Position numbers and translations under genes: made by a program. Positions 21,541-29,124 of a stretch of DNA of 64,000 nt are shown piece after piece. Under the pieces are notes generated by a model. It was not told the DNA's origin. It worked only from the letters and a program-made list of their open reading frames with translations, and ran no database searches. This stretch comes from Andalucia godoyi And28 (taxonomy: Eukaryota > Protista > Jakobida): the NCBI GenBank assembly GCA_009859145.1, contig VRVR01000026.1:1-64000 (forward strand). Reading direction: 5' to 3'. Every line of letters begins with the position of its first letter. Positions within the stretch are counted from its first letter, which is position 1.

Positions 21541-21766
21541 CGTCAATGTGCAGTCTGATGCGGTATTTGCAGTTTGGTGGTGCTTTTGACGGGGCCCGCG
21601 CATCTGGAAAAGCAGTGCGCGACTTGGACTTGCTTGGTGAAGTTGATCACCGCAAAGACCGAATGAGAGAAGCATGCACCTGTCAACAACGACGCGTACG
21701 TACTTTCTGTGACCAGAGATATTTCGAGGACCACAACAAACGGGGTTGGGAAAGGTGTGTGTACAT

Positions 21767-22390
21767 TCATGTCGTGAACGACTGGAGGGTCTTCATGGAG
21801 AGTCTGACGATGATTGCGGAATTGTACCGAACCTGCGTCAGCGGCTCGAGACCCGGAACCAGCGGCTCAAAATCATCGATGAGAGGAACCGAATGAGTGG
21901 TTGCAGAGACCGTGACAAGCTGCGCACCGCCCAGCTCTCGCTGTGCACGGAGTGAAATTTCGACTGCGATCTGCACCGCTCTCCCCAGTCCATGAACACA
22001 TACAAACGGCACCTTCGCCAGTGCCCGTGCCTGTGATTCCAAAACAGGTCGTGTGTGATGCTTCGCAAGATCATGTGTCAAAAGAGCCTTGATTCGCTTC
22101 AAGACGGCAATTTTCGAGCTGTCAGACGAAACAAATACATCATTAGGCTGTGCAGGCATTCGAAACGGCGGTCGCTTGACGTGTCGATACAGCTTTGGAT
22201 CAGGAGATGGCCGCAGAATCGTTGCATCTGGAAACGTCGCGCTTAACAACCAATCGTCTCCATCCGCACGGTCGCCGCCGTACTCCTTCCTAGAGTGCAC
22301 CCCATCCAACTCGGGCAGCGTCTCTGCATGCGTGGGAGCAGGTTCTCCAGTGCTACTTTTCCGCTTCTTCACAACATGAACTGCATCCAT
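21767..22390 (-). CDS. POP7: RNase P/MRP subunit Rpp20 (Alba fold)
   Basis: PNDVFVS, VHGLGRAVQIAVEISL, TTHSVPLIDDFEP and TQVRYNSAIIVRL motifs. Confidence 0.85.
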   Translation of the reverse strand: MDAVHVVKKRKSSTGEPAPTHAETLPELDGVHSRKEYGGDRADGDDWLLSATFPDATILRPSPDPKLYRHVKRPPFRMPAQPNDVFVSSDSSKIAVLKRIKALLTHDLAKHHTRPVLESQARALAKVPFVCVHGLGRAVQIAVEISLRAQRELGGAQLVTVSATTHSVPLIDDFEPLVPGLEPLTQVRYNSAIIVRLSMKTLQSFTT

Positions 22391-22656
22391 CCGAAACGTG
22401 TCGCTGTAAGGGAAAATGCAGTGATAGATGCGTTTTTCTTCTTTTTTTCTTTTCTTTTTCTATTTTATTATTTTGCTTTTAAATCTGATGGAGACAAAGC
22501 CCTATGGACGAGGTGAAATGAAATGAAATGAAAATTCATACTGCAGGAATGCTGATGCGCTGGTCGTAGTCGAACGAAAGGCAGTGCATGAAGTACAGCA
22601 GGAGATTTTTGATGAAGCCACCAAACTGCAAGCAGTCCATGGCGTTAACCTGTTAA

Positions 22657-22885
22657 CGCCTACATTGTACACTAGCCACGGATAATCATCGCTGATCACC
22701 CATAATTAAACGACATGCATAGCATGACTGGGAAGGGGGGTAGGCCCCAACACGCCCCTCGGCATGAGAGACGTTCCTAGGATAGATGTGGATGCTGCGC
22801 GCGCCGTTCCAATCGCGGTCGATCGTGCATTTTGCACGATGGGCAACAAAACACACCTTGTTTCCACACAACTTACGATGCATGG
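22657..22885 (-). mobile_element. Fanzor 3'-end fragment B1: Zn finger, RuvC-III, candidate omegaRNA and right end
   Basis: Minus strand encodes CPSC (shifted frame) and IDRDWNGARSI, followed by hairpins and the terminus ...agtgtacaatgtaggCG. Near-identical to 40730-40889 (+). Confidence 0.8.
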
Positions 22886-23482
22886 GCAATAAAAATAATG
22901 AAATGAAATGAGCGTCGCCGTGCGGGAATGCAACGCGGGGGCGTGTGTTATAGGGATTTCATGATCAAAAATGGGGAGAAACGAATCGGGCATCGTGTGA
23001 CGGAGTTGTCAAGATAACAAACGCATACGCATGCGCACGGCGCGTGGCAGTGTCTTTGTTTGCGTGCGCTCGAGACTGCTTCGTCATATCGCAATAAGTG
23101 GTAGCGGTGCCTTTTTTTTGTCGGTCAGTGGGTTCGTTCCTCATCTCTTTTGAATTTCTGTTAGTCTTCAGAGCTTCTTGTCTCTGCGACGAACAGTAAA
23201 ATCCTGTGACTTGGTGGCCGACAGAGACTCGTGCTGGGGGACAGACCCCTTGGCGGTAGAGCTTAATGGCAGAATTTCCTTTTCTTCTTTTTTATTCTAT
23301 TCTATGCAGCACGCGGATGTTCTAGAAAGCGGCAAATGACAACATTCTGCAAGTATCACTAGAACAAAACAAAACAAAACAGAAACAAAAAAGCACCAAC
23401 AAAAAAACAAAAAAAAAGACCAAGAACGAGATGCATACCCACACGGACAGACCGTACCGAATTCCAAACGAACAACACATCT

Positions 23483-24589
23483 TTACTTTTTCTTTCCGAC
23501 CATGGACGGTGGCGGAGTCTGGCCAACACCTCTCGGAGGCGTTGTCGGTCTGTTTTCCTCGCCCATTTGTTGCCCTCCGGCGTTCGATGGCGATTGCGCT
23601 GGTCGCGAGCCCATTGCGGGTGTCCCGGGACCCGACGATCCAATGCCCGACATCGGTGTGCCTGGGGCCTGTGGACCGCCTTGTTTGCTCTTTTCAGCAG
23701 GCTTCAGAATCTGGAACGAACACATCAGGGTATCATCAACGCTCATCATGGCTCCCGCATTGTCAAACTCGTTGCAATAGTTTGGTGCAGAAAAGATGGT
23801 AACGAGCTGCCGCTTTGCAAAGAACTGGTATCCATCTTCGACGACCTGATGCGCACGGCAGATCAGGTCGAGATCGTGCTTCCGCAAGAACTTCTCCACG
23901 ACATCGGCGCCAAATGTGAACGACACGCCACGATCGGATTCACCCCAGCCCACCATGGACTCTTCGGGATCAGACCACAGCAAGTCGCATAAAAGACCCG
24001 TATCGGGCACGTCTGTGGGACGCATGACTTTGCGAACTTGCTCCATAGAATGGAGCTCCGGCGAGAGGCCGCCGTGTGTGCAGAAGATCTTCTCATCCAC
24101 AATCGCTGCAATCGGCATGCAATTGAAGCAGTCTGTGAATGCCTTCCACAGGCGAATGTTGTAGCGGCGTTTGCACTCGTCGTAGAAACCGTAGATGCGG
24201 TTAATCGAGGCACACTCGTGGTTTCCACGGAGGATGAAGAAGTTCTCGGGGTACTTGATCTTGTACGCGAGCAACAGACAGATGGTCTCAATCGACTGTT
24301 TGCCACGATCAACATAGTCTCCGAGGAACAGATAATTCGACTCCGGAGGGAAGCCTCCGTACTCAAACAGTCGCAAAAGATCATAGTACTGGCCATGCAC
24401 ATCGCCGCAGATCTTGATTGGTGCCTCGAGCTCAAGCAGAGGGGGTTGGCTCATGAAGATATCACGGGAGTGCTGGATCAAAAGACGGATTTCCTGCTCC
24501 GTCAGAGCAACTTGCTTGCCAGGTCGGGATCCACGAACCTCCAGAAGCTTGTCGATAATTGGCGTCACGTCAAAATCACTCGAAGACAT
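23483..24589 (-). CDS. PPP1C: Serine/threonine protein phosphatase PP1 catalytic subunit
   Basis: [30 protein letters not shown] and [13 protein letters not shown] motifs; near-canonical PP1 with a Pro/Gly-rich tail. Confidence 0.97.
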   Translation of the reverse strand: MSSSDFDVTPIIDKLLEVRGSRPGKQVALTEQEIRLLIQHSRDIFMSQPPLLELEAPIKICGDVHGQYYDLLRLFEYGGFPPESNYLFLGDYVDRGKQSIETICLLLAYKIKYPENFFILRGNHECASINRIYGFYDECKRRYNIRLWKAFTDCFNCMPIAAIVDEKIFCTHGGLSPELHSMEQVRKVMRPTDVPDTGLLCDLLWSDPEESMVGWGESDRGVSFTFGADVVEKFLRKHDLDLICRAHQVVEDGYQFFAKRQLVTIFSAPNYCNEFDNAGAMMSVDDTLMCSFQILKPAEKSKQGGPQAPGTPMSGIGSSGPGTPAMGSRPAQSPSNAGGQQMGEENRPTTPPRGVGQTPPPSMVGKKK

Positions 24590-24959
24590 TTCCAAAACAA
24601 AGACAAAAACAAAAACAAACAAAAAAAGAGTGTATCTTGGGTTGACTTTTTCTTCTTCTTCCTTCTGTGGTTTTCAAAATGAATATGGCCTGGAGAGCAG
24701 CAATCGAGACTGTGAGAGAAAAGAAGGGAACGAAGGAAAACCCGTGATTCTGTGATTAGAAAAGGAAGACGAAATGAACGGAAGATATATCTATGTACGA
24801 GAATCAGAAAAGAGATGCGGCAGCGGCTGGCAGAAAAACACAATCAAACAGCAACAACAACAGCAACAACCTATGAAAGAATGACAGTCAGATCGTCGAC
24901 GAGGATGGTGGTGGTGGCGATTCTTGTTCCTGTACGTTGCAGCTTTCAAAATCAAAAGG

Positions 24960-25330
24960 AGTGCTTCTTCAAAATTAGAAAGAATGAATGAAGGGGGGAG
25001 GAGAGAAAAAAAAAGACACGGAGGAATGAGAGAAATCGGTCGACAAGTACAGCTACAGATCGATGTCGATTCCAGAACCAAAGTGAAAAGAGAAGATGAA
25101 CGCAATCAGAAGGGAGACGAAAGGGAAGAGAGAGGGAGGAGGGGAGAGGGAGAGAAAGAAAAAAAAGAGAAAGAGAAAAGAAAAAGAGACAGAAGAGAAG
25201 AGACAGAAGGAGAAAGGAAAAAAAAAAAGAGAAGAGGAAAAAAACGGGAAAAGAAAAGACGTGCTGAGTGAGGTAGAAGAAGAGGAAAGGGGGAAAGCCC
25301 TGAGAAAAAGAGTGTTTGGATGGAGGGGGT
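24960..25330. repeat. Long homopurine (GA-rich) low-complexity tract
   Basis: Directly visible upstream of PP1; pyrimidine-rich on the PP1 sense strand. Confidence 0.8.
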
Positions 25331-25714
25331 CGGTCGAAAAAAGTGACATGAGAATCGCAAGCGTAAGAGCGATCAGGAAACTCTATTTTTTTTATTTTTT
25401 TGACAAACGGGTTTGAATGACTTGTCAGTCTCGTCGACACCTGTCAGCCTGTCATAGGCGGGGGAAAAGGAGAAAGAGAAACGAGGGAGAAAGGGAAAAA
25501 AAGAAAACAGCAGTTGCCGGGTGGCTCTGGGGCCTCATCCCGCCATTCCTCCCTCGTCTCCACCTCTCTCTCTCTCAGTACAGCCGTTGAGTCTCGTTGT
25601 TGTTGTTGTTTTCTGGGTGGAACATCGATTTATGAAGTCAACTTTTGGAAAAAGAAACAAGAAGGCGGACACACGCAGAAGTTAATTTAACAATAAACAG
25701 AAACCGGTGCAGAA

Positions 25715-27070
25715 TCAAAATGACTCATCGAAGGCCAATGTGACCGCAAGATCCTCAAAAAATGCGACACCCTTCAAAAAGATGTCCTCCTCGAGTCGTT
25801 CATCGTGCTCATGAAGCATGATGGGGGTTTGGGGCATGTAGCTGATTCCGATGGCCGGATATCCAACAACGCGAAGATGCCTTGAGTCCGTTGACGCTGG
25901 GAAAATGGCTGGACGGAGTTGCACCCCATGCTTGGTAAACACAGAGCGCAGTGCACTGTAGAACGCCGGCGGAACGGCAGTAACGGGGTTGGATTCGAAT
26001 TCCTGGACATATGTGATCTCGCATCCGTCCTCTTTCACCCATTCCTCGAGCATCGTCTTGATCGCGGAAATCTCAATGCTTGGAGGGACGCGCAAGTCAA
26101 AGCCAGCTTCCAGCGCGGACGGCACAACGTTCATGGCATCGTCCCTTCCGCCTTTGAGATAGCTCAGGTTGATCGTGACGAGATCGCCAAGATCCAGAAC
26201 AGACGCGCCCTTTGCAATCCAGTAGTCGCGCTGACTGTCTCGAAAACTCAAAAGACGAGTGACGGTACGCATCATCCGCGTGGCAGCGACAGTTTCCGTG
26301 GTGAATCGAGATCCGTGGCCTGGAGGACCTGTTGCTCGGAGCCTGAACCACAGCGGAGCCTTTTCCGCGAAAAAAACAGGAACTTCCACCGAGTCGGCAC
26401 CGGAAGCCAGACCTTCGTCGACGACCAGTCGTACATTCAGAAACTGCCACACTGCAGACGACCGCATCTGGATGACGCCATCCATACCACCGATTTCTTC
26501 ATCAGGTGTCATCACCGCAATCACGTTTCGAGTCATTGGACCGCCACGACCATGTTCATGTCCAGACTGCACCGACTGCGTTCGCTTGAGCGATGCAAGC
26601 GCATGCAGATGCTGAATCGTCACGCACTTCATATCTTGCGACCCACGCTGCTGTGTTCCGCCAACGCGAGTCCATTTTGCATACTCGGCTGGAACCACAT
26701 CCATGTGCGAGTACAAGACCACTGCCGGGATCTTGTACTTTCCATTACCATCTCCACCACCCGCCGAAACGGATTGCTGCTGGAATGCCTGTTGCCAGTC
26801 GTCAGTAAGAGATACGATCAAAACGGGCTTTCCAGGAACAAACGACTCGGTATAGACAGCGAGACCAAGAGACGTTGCATAGTTGGACAAAAACTCCACG
26901 GCCTTTGCATAGTCCGGTCGAGGCTGGAACGTATCGATCGACAGATACTCCACAAATGCAGAAACCGGAGACAGCACAGACTCCGGCATCGTCAACTGGC
27001 CACTCGATCGTTCACCAAGAAGCACCACAAGAAGCACCACAATCCCAAGACTTGTGCTCAATAATCGCAT
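25715..27070 (-). CDS. ACY1: Aminoacylase-1 (M20 metallopeptidase family) with a signal-peptide-like N-terminus
   Basis: YSHMDVVP, GSQDMKC, DEEIGG, DEG, FPASTDSR and LHEHDE motifs. Confidence 0.88.
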   Translation of the reverse strand: MRLLSTSLGIVVLLVVLLGERSSGQLTMPESVLSPVSAFVEYLSIDTFQPRPDYAKAVEFLSNYATSLGLAVYTESFVPGKPVLIVSLTDDWQQAFQQQSVSAGGGDGNGKYKIPAVVLYSHMDVVPAEYAKWTRVGGTQQRGSQDMKCVTIQHLHALASLKRTQSVQSGHEHGRGGPMTRNVIAVMTPDEEIGGMDGVIQMRSSAVWQFLNVRLVVDEGLASGADSVEVPVFFAEKAPLWFRLRATGPPGHGSRFTTETVAATRMMRTVTRLLSFRDSQRDYWIAKGASVLDLGDLVTINLSYLKGGRDDAMNVVPSALEAGFDLRVPPSIEISAIKTMLEEWVKEDGCEITYVQEFESNPVTAVPPAFYSALRSVFTKHGVQLRPAIFPASTDSRHLRVVGYPAIGISYMPQTPIMLHEHDERLEEDIFLKGVAFFEDLAVTLAFDESF

Positions 27071-27263
27071 CTTTCTTTCTTATTTCGTCCACGATCTCCG
27101 AATCTCGCAAACCCCGCTCCCCTTTGAACTCTGTCGTTTTGAACTTTTTGGAAAAGATCCCCCCCAAAAAAATGATAATACTACAAGAAAAGAAAAGAAA
27201 TAAACGAAATCATCGCTGCAGACAGCACACTGTTTGTTTGCACTCCCGTTTCCCCGCACACAC

Positions 27264-27824
27264 CGCTGAATAATAGCACGCCATTGTCATGCATACGGAA
27301 GTATCCATAACCAGACACGGTCAATACTGGCCGACACTAGCACGTTCGTTTCACAGGGAATTCGTGCTTACGCACGCTCGGCCAAAATTCAGTCTGGTTT
27401 TTGGTTTCATTTTTTAATTCAAATATGGGCGTGAGTGCGCTGGGATGACGCATTCGCCTACGCCTACGCCTGCGCCGCTCGATACAGGGCCTCCTAGGTC
27501 CCGCAGACCTCCTAAGAGACCGCGTATCACTACGCCCTACCGCCTCTTCCTCTCGTATCTCCAGGTGCATCAATCGCTGCAATTGAGGACACGAAAGCGC
27601 CTGCTGCCTGGGCCGTCAACATCAAAATGCATCCTTCTCAGGAACAACGTGTCACACTGAGAAAGTGGCTCACAGATTGATCGAGACTGGGAACGGAGCG
27701 CGGAACATTTATCTGAAGAACGCAGAGAGGCGTGTTGGGGCCGATCCTCTTCGCGGCAACGAGATGCAAGATTGAATATGCATGTCTATTCGTAGATATG
27801 CATGTTCAGTGTGTAATGTAGGCG
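27264..27824 (+). mobile_element. Non-autonomous Fanzor mini-element A1 (HTH fused to RuvC-III by internal deletion)
   Basis: Encodes AVNIKMHPSQEQRVTLRKWL (27612-27670), immediately followed by IDRDW-NGARNIYLKN (27676 onward). Left junction aCCG, right end atgtaggCG. Homologous to 47469-47912. Confidence 0.85.
27715..27824 (+). ncRNA. Candidate Fanzor omegaRNA scaffold of A1 (guide predicted from 27825)
   Basis: SL1 acgc-a-GAGA-g-gcgt (27720-27733), gccg/cggc stem, and a 14-bp stem with UUCG loop (27775-27806), in the position expected between RuvC-III and the right end. Expression not shown. Confidence 0.6.
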
Positions 27825-28147
27825 CAGCAGACATATCGACAATGGTCTACCGAGCGTCTCCGCATTGGAGCAGTCGACTCCGCGTGTTTGGGACTATTTT
27901 TTTTCTTCCAGGAATGATGCAGGCTTCTTCTGGAGAGCTTTGGGATTTTGCTCGGAGGAACGGACAGGCACGTGGAAGGAGACTCTTCGTTTTTGGGCTT
28001 TGATTTTTTTTTGGGGGGAAGCAGAGAGTTTAAAAGTCATCTGCACGGTTTGGTGAAGAAACTCCGCACTGCGTGAAGTGAGACGTGTGAAGTTTGAAGG
28101 GTAAAGCGTGAAGTGAGTATTAGCAAAGGCAGCAGTAAAGGGAGAAC

Positions 28148-28954
28148 ATGCCGCCACCGTCGTCGTCTTCTCCGAAAACGAAAAATTCGCGATGCTGCGA
28201 TTTTCACTGGAGCGAAATAGTGACGGACGACTTGCTTGGATCGCATTTTCTGTCCTTCCAAGTGCTTTATGGGTTCCGCATCTTTGCAGCCGTGTTTAAC
28301 GTTGGTGTCCTGGTCATGAGCTTTGTCTACTTTTGGGGAAACGGCACATGGTTTACGTTCTTCACGAATCTGAACTATACGTTGCTTTGCTTCTATTTTG
28401 GCTGTCACACATTTTACCCGTGGTTCCGATCTGTCCTGTTTTCACGAATACTCTATGTTGTGGCAGAAACAGAGTTCACCTGTGCACTGTTTCTGGACGG
28501 TGTGTTCTGGACACTACTGCTTCCGTTTATCGACACAACAGACCCAGCTGCCATGTTCCTCAACGTTATGATGCATCTGATCAACTTTGTGTTCATGTTC
28601 GCCGACGTCATGTTTTCCCGCATTCGTTTCTACTGGTCGCATCTGTGGATCACCGTGGTGTTCATCATTGTGTACACCATCTTCACGTTCATCTACTTTT
28701 TGTTCTCCATGCACTGGGTGTATCCGTTCTTGGATCCAACCAAGAAGCTCTACGCAGCAATCTTGGTCGGCATGTTTGTATACCTGTTTCTCTGCTGGAC
28801 CTGCGGAAAGCTATTTGTTTGGCTGCGTGAAAAGATCGCCTCTCGAGGAGTGTTTGGAAACATGCATGTTCCTTTCGACGGACATAACGTGGACTACGGG
28901 GACAGCCCACACGACGATCCAGAAGCCGTTCCCATCGTCGCTACACGCGTCTAA
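28148..28954 (+). CDS. Multi-pass membrane protein, rolling stone / FAR-17a-AIG1-like
   Basis: About 6 TM segments; FFTNLNY, HLINFVFMFAD and WVYPFLD motifs. Confidence 0.72.
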   Translation: MPPPSSSSPKTKNSRCCDFHWSEIVTDDLLGSHFLSFQVLYGFRIFAAVFNVGVLVMSFVYFWGNGTWFTFFTNLNYTLLCFYFGCHTFYPWFRSVLFSRILYVVAETEFTCALFLDGVFWTLLLPFIDTTDPAAMFLNVMMHLINFVFMFADVMFSRIRFYWSHLWITVVFIIVYTIFTFIYFLFSMHWVYPFLDPTKKLYAAILVGMFVYLFLCWTCGKLFVWLREKIASRGVFGNMHVPFDGHNVDYGDSPHDDPEAVPIVATRV

Positions 28955-29124
28955 CTTAATCCCCTGTCCGCCCTGTCTTTTGCAGTCCCCGTCGTTGCCA
29001 TGTATTCTATTGTCACAAAATTAAAGCAGTGTTGATACTTCCCAAAATCATCAAATGCTTGCTATCCATTTCCTCTCTTCTCTGTTCCTTTCTGGTTTGC
29101 AGCCTCGGCAGGAAATGAGATGCC

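Noticed and set aside
23080-23150. tRNA-like A-box/B-box text (agtggtagcgg ... gggttcgttcc)
   Set aside because: No acceptor or anticodon stem can be formed, and the T-loop lacks the conserved A.
25432-25460. 29-bp 'minimal element' CGTCGACAC...ATAGGCG
   Set aside because: Depends on the unreliable CGTCGACA motif plus a 6-mer; compatible with chance.
25919-27064. 381-aa plus-strand ORF
   Set aside because: Antisense shadow of ACY1 with no motifs.
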